Below are positions 46,908-55,943 of a DNA stretch of 64,000 nucleotides, one piece after another. Numbering within the stretch: the first letter of the stretch is position 1; each line of letters opens with the position of its first letter. Made by a program: the position numbers and the translations under genes. Below the pieces are notes generated by a model. It was not told the origin of the DNA and did not search any database. It saw only the letters and a program-made list of their open reading frames with translations. Source of the DNA: a virus (lineage: Duplodnaviria > Caudoviricetes); IMG/VR virus record IMGVR_UViG_3300032224_000782, positions 1,195 to 65,194 of that record; one strand, 5' to 3'.

Positions 46908-48193
46908 TGACTTTTAAAGATAGTTTTTGTCCTAGCCCATGGTTTCACATGCGTGTTACTAACTCGGGCGACTATGACTACTGTAGGTGGCAAACTAAAC
47001 ACAGCGGGCAGAAAACTGAAAATATAAGAGATACTACGCCAAAAGACTTTTTTCAAAACAGCATGGCAAGTATTCGTATGCAAATGTTAGCGGGAGAAAC
47101 TCCACTGGGCTGTGCTGATTGTTACTTGATGGACAAGCATAATAAGGTCAGCGGAAGGCAAAAACAACTCTTAAAGACTGGCGTTAGATTAGAATACTTT
47201 GACAAAAGTATGCTGACCAGTGCTTGGTCCAGTGAGTACAAAAATTCCTATGACCAACAAGGTATAGTTGATTTGCTACCACAGGATTGGCAAATTGACT
47301 TAGGAAATTTCTGCAATTCAGCGTGTTTGTTTTGTCACAGTAACTATAGTTCAAGTCTAGCAGTGGAATGGAAAAAACTAGGATTACTGCAAACAATGCC
47401 TGCTAGAAATTGGTGTGATGACGATAAAACTCTACAAGTATTTTTAGACACTTTGCTGTGTTCTAAGAAACTCAGCTACTTGCATTTTATTGGCGGAGAA
47501 ACATTAATAACTCCGGCATTTAAGAAAATATTAAAAGAACTGATCAAGGCAGGGCTAGCATCAGACGTTACCATAGGGTTTACTACTTCTTTAATAACAT
47601 GGGATGAGTCCATTATAGACTTACTGGGAAATTTCAAACAAGTTAATTTAGGCATGAGTGTTGAGTGCCTACATCCTGTAAACGATTACGTAAGATATCC
47701 CAGTAAAATTGATCAAGTACAAGATACCATCAATCGTTGGATTGATATTGCCAACAGTCGCGGTTGGTTATTGCAAATTAGGACTACTCCTACTATACTA
47801 ACAATCAGTCACTTACTAACAATATTTGAATTTGCTTACAGTAAAAATATTTCTGTGGAAAGTTGTAACTTCTTGGATCATCCTGCGTATATGAGACCAA
47901 CTGTATTGCCTCTTGACTATCGAGTAAAAATTATAGAATCTTTAGACAACTGGCTCAAAGATAAAACACAGTCTGTAGACACTGTAGTAAACACACGTGA
48001 TCCTAATAAAGCAAAATTACAAGTAGTACAAGATGCACAAAGCTATGTAAACTATTTAAAAAATCAAGGCGACGAATCGCACATGCTTCCAGAATTAATT
48101 AACTATCTTAAAATAATGGAAAGCAATAGGAAAAACACAGTATTAGATTACCTACCAGAATATGAACAACTATTTAGAGCTGCTGGATACTGA
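46907..48193 (+). CDS. radical SAM protein with N-terminal twitch/SPASM-like Cys cluster
   Basis: CNSACLFC (CxxxCxxC), GGET, N-terminal CPSPW..C..CADC. Confidence 0.88.
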   Translation: MTFKDSFCPSPWFHMRVTNSGDYDYCRWQTKHSGQKTENIRDTTPKDFFQNSMASIRMQMLAGETPLGCADCYLMDKHNKVSGRQKQLLKTGVRLEYFDKSMLTSAWSSEYKNSYDQQGIVDLLPQDWQIDLGNFCNSACLFCHSNYSSSLAVEWKKLGLLQTMPARNWCDDDKTLQVFLDTLLCSKKLSYLHFIGGETLITPAFKKILKELIKAGLASDVTIGFTTSLITWDESIIDLLGNFKQVNLGMSVECLHPVNDYVRYPSKIDQVQDTINRWIDIANSRGWLLQIRTTPTILTISHLLTIFEFAYSKNISVESCNFLDHPAYMRPTVLPLDYRVKIIESLDNWLKDKTQSVDTVVNTRDPNKAKLQVVQDAQSYVNYLKNQGDESHMLPELINYLKIMESNRKNTVLDYLPEYEQLFRAAGY

Positions 48194-48620
48194 TCCTAAA
48201 ATTTTAATTAGGTTACAACTAACACCTATCTGCAACAACGGTGCCCCACAATTAGTGGTTACAATTAATGGAACTAGATTACATTCTGGACCTATAGACA
48301 CAGTGACAACGATAACAAAAACCATTGGCTTGATGGACAATGTTATTGTAGAATTAGTGCTTAAAGAAAAGAGATATCACGAGTCATTGGAAACAGCAGT
48401 GATCATTAACTCTATCCAAATTGATGATTTTGAATTTGTCCCCAATTATACTGGCGGTGATTCAAATTGTATATACTACGACAATGATCACAACATAAAT
48501 GCAGTAACTAACTACTTAGGATTTAACGGTGTGTGGCGATTAGAAATTAATGAACCATTTTATCGTTGGCTCCATAAAAACTCTGGGCAAGGCATGTTGT
48601 TGGAACCTGCTAATTTTTAA
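48162..48620 (+). CDS. hypothetical protein
   Basis: 152 aa, YLGFNGVW..PFYRWLH. Confidence 0.65.
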   Translation: MNNYLELLDTDPKILIRLQLTPICNNGAPQLVVTINGTRLHSGPIDTVTTITKTIGLMDNVIVELVLKEKRYHESLETAVIINSIQIDDFEFVPNYTGGDSNCIYYDNDHNINAVTNYLGFNGVWRLEINEPFYRWLHKNSGQGMLLEPANF

Positions 48621-48667
48621 CCTACAAAAACTGCTAATATAAATATAAAAAACAACTCAACTATCAT

Positions 48668-49135
48668 ATGACAATCAATATTCAAACACTCAACGAAGTT
48701 AAAACTGTGACTAAACCCTGGGGACATGAAAAGTGGATCCAAGTAGGCGAAGGTGATCATACCTATGTACTCAAAGAAATCAAGCTCAATGCAGGATTTA
48801 AAACTAGTTTACAAGTACACAAGTTCAAAGCAGAAACGAATTACATTTTGCAAGGCGAAGGCGAAATTGTTTACAGCAAAGTCAAACTGGACTGTGACAA
48901 GTATCTTGCAGACAAATACAAAGTTCTAGAATTTGACGAAATATTAAACGACCTGCAATTTTCCAAATTTGGCCCAGGCAGTGTAATGACCATTGAACCT
49001 GGAACCATTCATAGAATGATTGCACACACTGACTTGCTGTTTGTGGAAGCCAGTACATGTCACTTAGACGATGTTATCAGACTACAAGATGATGCTAATC
49101 GTCAACACGGTAAAATTGATTCAGAACACAAATAA
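48668..49135 (+). CDS. cupin (mannose-6-phosphate isomerase type II-like)
   Basis: KPWG, SLQVH..K.ET, PGTIHR, EAST..DDVIR. Confidence 0.8.
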   Translation: MTINIQTLNEVKTVTKPWGHEKWIQVGEGDHTYVLKEIKLNAGFKTSLQVHKFKAETNYILQGEGEIVYSKVKLDCDKYLADKYKVLEFDEILNDLQFSKFGPGSVMTIEPGTIHRMIAHTDLLFVEASTCHLDDVIRLQDDANRQHGKIDSEHK

Positions 49136-49138
49136 AAT

Positions 49139-50674
49139 ATGCTTACAGTATTAATATTGGCTGCTGGTTACGGCCGCCGCATGGGACCGTTTGCAAGAAT
49201 GGTCAACAAAGGACTTATCCCTTATGACAACAAACCTTTGATCAGTCACATCATTGACAAGTTTGATCCAGATACGAAATTTGTGATTGCTTGTGGGCAC
49301 ATGGGACAACAAGTCAAAGACTATGTTAGTGCAGTACACACAGACAAACAGATTTTGTATGTTGACATTCCCGACTATGCAGAAGGCACAACAGGTCCTG
49401 CTACCACAATACAAAAATGTGCGGCACATATCAACGGCGCATTTATGTGGCTAAGTTGCGATACACTGTTTGACTTTGACTATAAAGACAAACTGGATCA
49501 TAACTGGATTGGTGTGCATCCAGTGGACAGCGCAATCGCACAAGACTATTGTTGGGTCAAACGTGATGGCGAAACTATCACAGAGATCAAAAACAAAGAA
49601 CCCAACAAGCAAGCCGTGGACGCTTTTATTGGATTAATGTATTGCAAAGACATGCAGTATGTAGAAAATTTAGAACGTGCATTTGCCAAAGAAGCATATC
49701 AAGGACTACAAGATAATTTAAATCTTAAAGCTCACACTGTCAGTGATTGGAAAGACTTTGGTACTTACGACAAATGGGTCGAACTCAGTGAAGGTCTTAA
49801 GGAAATGAGTTTTCCCAAGCCCAATGAATTGTTTTACAAAGATAACAACAAAATCATCAAATTTACTACAGACAGTACGCTCACAGATAAAAAAGCAAAT
49901 CGTGCATTGTTGAATCCAGAATGTATGCCCGCTGGCATTAGACGCAGTGGACAATTTCTTGTCTATGACTATGTGGAAGGCGATATTATTTACAGTCAAT
50001 TAACACCCCAGTTATTCGATAAGTTACTGACTTGGTCCAACGAAACATTATGGAAGCGCAAATGGTTTCCTAGTACTGCTCAAACCTGTAGAGATTTTTA
50101 CTTTAAGAAAACACAGGACAGGCTTAATCAATTTCGCGTCAAGTACAGTGACTGGAGTGAGCCCTGTACAGTTAATGGTATACCAGTACAAAGCATTGAC
50201 TACTATCTTAATAAGATAGATTGGGATTGGTTATGCACTACCACTGAGTGGGCGTTTATACACGGTGATTTCCAATTTGAGAATGTTATCTACAACCCCC
50301 AAGAGGATGAATTCACTTGCATTGACTGGCGCACTGACTTCGGTGGCGACAGTTACGGAGACTTATACTACGACTTGGCTAAGATGTTGGGCGGTATACT
50401 ATTAGACTATCAAGCAGTTAAGGCAGACAAGTTAGAATACTACGAACATGCAGACTCTGCTACATTAAATGATTGTAGTATTGAAGATAGTCGGCATTAT
50501 GAAATGCAGTTACAAGAATATTGCAAGACTTTAGGTTTAGATTGGAGCAAAGTTATATTACTTGTACCAATCATTTATTTGAACATGAGTCCATTGCACG
50601 ATGCACCTTTTGACAAGTATTTATTTGCTCTGGCTCAATTTCACTTTGCAAGGGTCTTACATGAAGTTGAGTGA
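49139..50674 (+). CDS. sugar nucleotidyltransferase fused to APH/choline-kinase-like phosphotransferase
   Basis: LILAAGYGRRM..KGL; C-terminal HGDFQFENVI..IDWR..YYDLAK. Confidence 0.85.
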   Translation: MLTVLILAAGYGRRMGPFARMVNKGLIPYDNKPLISHIIDKFDPDTKFVIACGHMGQQVKDYVSAVHTDKQILYVDIPDYAEGTTGPATTIQKCAAHINGAFMWLSCDTLFDFDYKDKLDHNWIGVHPVDSAIAQDYCWVKRDGETITEIKNKEPNKQAVDAFIGLMYCKDMQYVENLERAFAKEAYQGLQDNLNLKAHTVSDWKDFGTYDKWVELSEGLKEMSFPKPNELFYKDNNKIIKFTTDSTLTDKKANRALLNPECMPAGIRRSGQFLVYDYVEGDIIYSQLTPQLFDKLLTWSNETLWKRKWFPSTAQTCRDFYFKKTQDRLNQFRVKYSDWSEPCTVNGIPVQSIDYYLNKIDWDWLCTTTEWAFIHGDFQFENVIYNPQEDEFTCIDWRTDFGGDSYGDLYYDLAKMLGGILLDYQAVKADKLEYYEHADSATLNDCSIEDSRHYEMQLQEYCKTLGLDWSKVILLVPIIYLNMSPLHDAPFDKYLFALAQFHFARVLHEVE

Positions 50675-51395
50675 TGCAATCGCTTGGCGTAAAGCAGATA
50701 AGTTGTTTGTAAGTCTTGCCGCAAAACCTGGCAAGACAGGGGAAACATTTTATAACACATTGTTCAAACATCATAACATTGATGCTGAATATATCGCCTG
50801 TGAGTGCGTGGATTTAAAAGCAGACATGGCATTGGTTCGTGAACACTGTGCTGGTGCTAGTATTACTATGCCTTTTAAAAAGCAAGTAGAGCAATACTTG
50901 GACATAGATAGAGCCAACTACATGCCTATTAACACCGTAGTAAATAGAAGCAAACTTCTACTGGGATTTAATTGTGATTATTTAGGTCTTAAGGAAGTAT
51001 TAGCAGATAAAATTAAAGGTAAAAGCATTGTGCTGTTAGGCAATGGTGCCATGGCGGACAACGTTAAAACATTGTGCAAAGAAAATAACATTTACCAAGT
51101 ACATAGAAACAATTGGTACTTGAGGCACAATCCTGGTGATATTCTGATTAATACAACCAGTGTTGGCATGGGCACAGACGAATCACCAGTTGATAACATC
51201 AATGCAGAGTTAGTAGTGGATTGTGTGATAGGTAATACCAAGTTAATCAAAAATGCACAGGCAAAAGGTAAACAAACTATAACTGGCGCAGACATATATC
51301 TCTCACAGTTTAAATATCAGTTTAGATTGTACACAGATCAGCAAGCTGATGAGGATGTAGTAAAATTAATAGCAAAGAAAGTATTTGATGTTTGA
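50661..51395 (+). CDS. shikimate dehydrogenase (AroE)-like oxidoreductase
   Basis: GASITMPFK, INTV, GFNCD, LLGNGAMA, INTTSVGM. Confidence 0.8.
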   Translation: MKLSDAIAWRKADKLFVSLAAKPGKTGETFYNTLFKHHNIDAEYIACECVDLKADMALVREHCAGASITMPFKKQVEQYLDIDRANYMPINTVVNRSKLLLGFNCDYLGLKEVLADKIKGKSIVLLGNGAMADNVKTLCKENNIYQVHRNNWYLRHNPGDILINTTSVGMGTDESPVDNINAELVVDCVIGNTKLIKNAQAKGKQTITGADIYLSQFKYQFRLYTDQQADEDVVKLIAKKVFDV

Positions 51396-51858
51396 GTATT
51401 TTATTAGTGATGTAGACGGCTGCTTAAACGATGGCAACATCTATTGGGATGCAACTGGACACAAGCCTTTTAAAGCATTTGGTAACTATGATCACGATGG
51501 CGTTAAGTTATTAAAACCCCATATTAAACTTATCTTTATCAGTGCAGACAAACATGGTTGGGATATAATGAAAACACGAATTGTGGATCATATGAAATGT
51601 GATTTATACTGTGTACCTGAAAGCGAACGCTATCGATTTGTAGAAAGCTATGGGTTTGATAAAGTTGCGTACATGGGAGATGGCATACATGATGCTAAAA
51701 TTATCCGTGCTGCTAGGCTAGGTATGGCGCCAGCACAAGCAAGAATCGAAGCTAGGCAGGCCGCAGACTACGTTACACCCAGCAGAGGTGGTGAAGGCGC
51801 ATATTTAGATGCGGCCATAGAAGTTATGAAACAGATGGGATTACCTTATGAATTTTAA
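51388..51858 (+). CDS. KdsC-like HAD phosphatase
   Basis: DVDGCLNDG, AYMGDGIHD, GGEGA. Confidence 0.85.
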   Translation: MFEYFISDVDGCLNDGNIYWDATGHKPFKAFGNYDHDGVKLLKPHIKLIFISADKHGWDIMKTRIVDHMKCDLYCVPESERYRFVESYGFDKVAYMGDGIHDAKIIRAARLGMAPAQARIEARQAADYVTPSRGGEGAYLDAAIEVMKQMGLPYEF

Positions 51859-52825
51859 AATAGGCATGGGACCTATGAGTATAATTGTTAATGATGTATT
51901 AGCAAGATATGCCAGAGATCGTCAACAGCCATTGATGTTTATTGCTAGCCGTAATCAAGTTGATGCCAGTAGCGGTTACGTAATGACTACAAAAGAACTA
52001 GCAGAACAGTTAGAATCACTACGTAGCGAATTTATAATGCTGTGCAGAGACCACTGTGGTCCTTATTTTCTTGATGTAGAAAAATCATTGAGTCTACGTG
52101 ATGCTGTGGAAGCAACTAAAAAGACTATTGCTGGAGATATTGAAAACGGATTTGACTTAATACACATTGATACCAGCCGTTGCGATGATGCTTACCATAT
52201 TGCGGATGAACTATTTAATTTTTGTTTGAAATTAAATCCCCGCGTTAAGTTTGAGTTTGGCACAGAAGAAAATGTGGGTGTGGCAGCAGGTGTTAAGAAG
52301 TATCAAGAAGATGTTAAGTTTGCTAGTCAGTTTCCCAACATGGAATTTGTGGTAGCACAAACTGGTAGTTTAACCATGGAAGACCGCCAAGTTGGTAGCT
52401 TTGATGTGCCTATGGTTAAGAAACTAGTTAACTTTGCAGAAACTGCTGGAGTTAAACTCAAAGAGCACAATGCAGATTACTTGACAGCAGAACAGATACA
52501 GTTGCGTAAGCAAGCAGGAGTTCATGCTTGTAACATTGCACCACAGTTGGGTGTGATACAAACTAAAACTATACTAAGACTAGCTGAACAATTTGACATC
52601 GATAGCTCCCCATTCAAGCAAGCTGTATTATCCAGCGGCAAGTGGGCTAAATGGATCATTGACGGTGATGACACAGTAAAAATTGCAGTGGCTGGACATT
52701 ACCTGTTTAGTCAAGATGTTTATAAAAAATTAGAAGATAAGTTAAGCTGGCGTTGTGATGTTGCCCGCGAAGTAGAACACGAAATTATCAATTGCTTGGA
52801 CTTGTATTACACCAATTTATACTAA
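51848..52825 (+). CDS. GatZ/KbaZ-like (tagatose-6-phosphate epimerase/aldolase accessory family) protein
   Basis: ASRNQVD..GY, RDHCGP, GFDLIHIDTS, GTEE, EHNADY, NIAPQLG. Confidence 0.8.
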   Translation: MNFKIGMGPMSIIVNDVLARYARDRQQPLMFIASRNQVDASSGYVMTTKELAEQLESLRSEFIMLCRDHCGPYFLDVEKSLSLRDAVEATKKTIAGDIENGFDLIHIDTSRCDDAYHIADELFNFCLKLNPRVKFEFGTEENVGVAAGVKKYQEDVKFASQFPNMEFVVAQTGSLTMEDRQVGSFDVPMVKKLVNFAETAGVKLKEHNADYLTAEQIQLRKQAGVHACNIAPQLGVIQTKTILRLAEQFDIDSSPFKQAVLSSGKWAKWIIDGDDTVKIAVAGHYLFSQDVYKKLEDKLSWRCDVAREVEHEIINCLDLYYTNLY

Positions 52826-52853
52826 ATAACTTAGTATAAAAAGGTGTAGTTCA

Positions 52854-53669
52854 ATGAAACAAATTTTAGCGGCATTATCTCTATTCTTATCAGTTAACGT
52901 ATTTGCCTGGGACCAACGTGCTCCTGCTCCTATAGATGCATGTAAAGCACATAGCCCATATGGATGGGCACAAACACAAAGACAAGCACAACCTATTTGC
53001 CGTGAAGCGTATCTAGTAGCATATGACGCACCTGTAAAAATTCCTGTGTATGTAGCATACACATTACTACCACAGAATGCGTTAGGATGCTGGCCCCGAA
53101 CAAACGCCTTTGTTGCAGATCAAAGCGTTAAAGGTGGTGCAAGACCAGAAGATTATGCTGGCACTGGCTACGACAAAGGACACGCAGCTCCAGACGGTGA
53201 CTTGAGTTGGAGCCAACAAGTAGAATATGAATCATTTTTAATGACAAATATGTATCCCCAACATGGAAGTTTGAATAGGGGTATTTGGAAATTGTTAGAA
53301 ACAAGTGTACGTGGATGGGCAGTTCAGCTTAATCAACCGTTCACTATATACGTTGGTGCATTATATGGACAAGGTGACGAATACATTGCTAATGGCATTA
53401 TTGTTCCTCATGGATACTATAAAATCGTAATTAACAATGCTACTGGACAAGTAGCAGGTTGGGTGTTTCCGCATACCAAACCTTATCAAAACTTAGGCAA
53501 CGATTTAACTAAATTCCGTGTTGCTATAGCACAGATTCAACAACAAGCAGGAGTAAAATATGCTTTTCCAGCGAATGCCCGCGAACTGCCACCAGGACAA
53601 GAATGGCCCGTAGACTTTGGTGCACTGACCAATGCCAAACGTGCTAAATGTAAAGGTGCAGTAGACTAA
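52854..53669 (+). CDS. secreted DNA/RNA non-specific endonuclease (NucA/EndA family)
   Basis: Signal peptide, YDKGHAAP, ESFLMTNMYPQ..LNRGIWK.LE. Confidence 0.92.
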   Translation: MKQILAALSLFLSVNVFAWDQRAPAPIDACKAHSPYGWAQTQRQAQPICREAYLVAYDAPVKIPVYVAYTLLPQNALGCWPRTNAFVADQSVKGGARPEDYAGTGYDKGHAAPDGDLSWSQQVEYESFLMTNMYPQHGSLNRGIWKLLETSVRGWAVQLNQPFTIYVGALYGQGDEYIANGIIVPHGYYKIVINNATGQVAGWVFPHTKPYQNLGNDLTKFRVAIAQIQQQAGVKYAFPANARELPPGQEWPVDFGALTNAKRAKCKGAVD

Positions 53670-53699
53670 CATAAAAGCTAGAGGCATAGCAACAGTTAG

Positions 53700-53722
53700 A
53701 GGACTCTTCGGAGTCCTTTTTT
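53700..53722 (+). terminator. intrinsic terminator
   Basis: AGGACTC-TTCG-GAGTCCTTTTTT. Confidence 0.85.
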
Positions 53723-53741
53723 ATTGTCACATAAATATAAA

Positions 53742-55928
53742 ATGCGCTTTAAACAAATAAAAAAACTTATTGCTGAAGATGAGTTGATGGAAATCAACAT
53801 GAGTCCCAGCAGTCTAAAAAAGTTAGCCAGTCAAATTGATGCTCTTGCTGGCATGGAATTTGAAATGGTTGTGCCTAATCTCAGTGGTGTTGATGACAGC
53901 GATCAAGAACCCGACTATGACTATGATGAACGTTGCCGTAGCATTGAAGATGCTGTGCAATTCTTTTACGATGGTGATTGGAACGGTCGTAGAGATGTTG
54001 AACGTCTACGTGAAAAAATGCAGAATGATTTCAGCGAATGGCTGGATGACAAAATCTATCAAGAATGGGAACGCCACGGCGAAGAGTACTTAGAAGAATG
54101 GGTGCCCAACAATGTGGACGAATCTGAGTGGAATCCTGAAGGTTTGGAAGGCGAAGAACGTCAGGAAGCACTAGAAGAATTCATTGCCAACCTGCATAGC
54201 AACCCCGGCAGCAGTGATGCGTTTGATGAGTACAGAGAAGAAAATCAAGAGTCATATGACGAAAGCGACTGGTTGGATGATGAAGACCTAGACCGCATGA
54301 GCAGCATTGAAAACACATACTCAATGACTTGGCCACATTGGCGTAATGTTGGTAATGGCGAAGCTAGCATTGAAGATGTTGCTAACAGTTTTAGAGACGC
54401 AGTGGGCCGCCCAATACTAGCCAGCACCAGTTATCACAGCAGCCGAGTTGAACGCCCCAGCACCAAAAACTTAGAATACATTGTGGAACCTGACAGCAGT
54501 ATTAATGTCGACGACGAAAGCAATGAAGGCGGATTAGAGTTTGTATCACCACCGTTGCCTATTGCAGATATGATGAGTGATCTTGACAAGGTTAAAAAAT
54601 GGGCCGACCGTAATGGTTGTTATACCAACGACTCAACGGGCCTACACATTAATGTCAGTGTCCCTGGTTTTGATATTAACAAACTCGACTATGTTAAACT
54701 AGCATTGTTGTTAGGCGATAATCACATATTAGAAGTATTTGGTAGAACTGGCAATACTTATTGCAAGAGTGCTATAGAAAAAGTCAAAAGCCGTGTTAAA
54801 CAAAATCCCGACACCGCAGAACATTTATTGAATCAAATGCGTAATCATATGGATCAATTAGCCACTAAAGCTATTCATTCAGGTGTAACAGACAAATATA
54901 CAAGTATCAATACTAAAACTGGACACATTGAATTTAGAAGTCCTGGTGGCGATTGGTTAAAAAAATTAGACGAAGGCGACGAAATTCAACAAACACTATT
55001 GCGTTTTGTTGTGGCTATGGATGCTGCAATGAAACCTGAGTTATATCGTGAAGAATACTTAAAGAAACTTTACAAACTATTAGATGTTACAAGTAATCAA
55101 GACCCATTATGGTATTTTGTAAAATATTCGGCAGGCGGATTTTCGCCAACGGTTCTAAAGAGTTTTATTCGTCAGACACAATTAGAACGTGATGTTAAAC
55201 GTGGCAAAGAAAAAGAAAAATCACAAGATGATTTGACGCCTTTTGAAATTTACAATAGAGACTCTAACGCAGTTGTGTCAACGGTCTTGGCTCGCAATGC
55301 TCAAGAAGCGTTGGCAGAATTGGATCAATTCCGGGCGGAGCAAGTTAGAGCACAAGGCATAACAGTGGATCAGGCCACCGCAACGTACGGTATACGTCAT
55401 GCTCCTATTCCTGGAAGCACTATAGACCTACAGCGTCAGCGAGCAGCCGCCGCATCAAACACAGAACCACACCCCGAAGGTCGTGGTCGTCCCAACGATC
55501 CCACAGGACGCTATGCTATTGTAATGCGTAACGACGAGGCAGTGCATGGTCGTAGCGGGCAAGCACCCAACTATCAGTTTAGATTTAACATGTCAAATCT
55601 GGAACAACAAGGACATGGACGCTATGTGCTACAGGCTTGGGCTGCAAGAAACAATGTGGATCCTGCCAATTATATGATTGTTGATACTACTCAATATGCT
55701 GATGCCAATCAAATCCCCACCGTTGACATTGACATTGAACCAGCACCACAACAACCAGGCATGGGAGAGTTCAACGGACAATGGCGAGTTGTTGATGGCT
55801 TAGGTAGAGAAGTATATCGGTTCGGCGGTGTAGGCAATAGTCAAGCAGATGCCAACAGAATAGCCGCAACATGGGCAAGGACCACCGGCTTCGACGGTAA
55901 CATCGAGGTTTACCCTGTGATGGCGTAA
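53742..55928 (+). CDS. putative amidoligase (COOH-NH2 ligase type 2) with C-terminal extension
   Basis: GMEFE, EPDSS, LEFVSPP, STGLHINVS, KYTSIN, IEFR. Confidence 0.8.
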   Translation: MRFKQIKKLIAEDELMEINMSPSSLKKLASQIDALAGMEFEMVVPNLSGVDDSDQEPDYDYDERCRSIEDAVQFFYDGDWNGRRDVERLREKMQNDFSEWLDDKIYQEWERHGEEYLEEWVPNNVDESEWNPEGLEGEERQEALEEFIANLHSNPGSSDAFDEYREENQESYDESDWLDDEDLDRMSSIENTYSMTWPHWRNVGNGEASIEDVANSFRDAVGRPILASTSYHSSRVERPSTKNLEYIVEPDSSINVDDESNEGGLEFVSPPLPIADMMSDLDKVKKWADRNGCYTNDSTGLHINVSVPGFDINKLDYVKLALLLGDNHILEVFGRTGNTYCKSAIEKVKSRVKQNPDTAEHLLNQMRNHMDQLATKAIHSGVTDKYTSINTKTGHIEFRSPGGDWLKKLDEGDEIQQTLLRFVVAMDAAMKPELYREEYLKKLYKLLDVTSNQDPLWYFVKYSAGGFSPTVLKSFIRQTQLERDVKRGKEKEKSQDDLTPFEIYNRDSNAVVSTVLARNAQEALAELDQFRAEQVRAQGITVDQATATYGIRHAPIPGSTIDLQRQRAAAASNTEPHPEGRGRPNDPTGRYAIVMRNDEAVHGRSGQAPNYQFRFNMSNLEQQGHGRYVLQAWAARNNVDPANYMIVDTTQYADANQIPTVDIDIEPAPQQPGMGEFNGQWRVVDGLGREVYRFGGVGNSQADANRIAATWARTTGFDGNIEVYPVMA

Positions 55929-55943
55929 TGGATAAGTAATATT

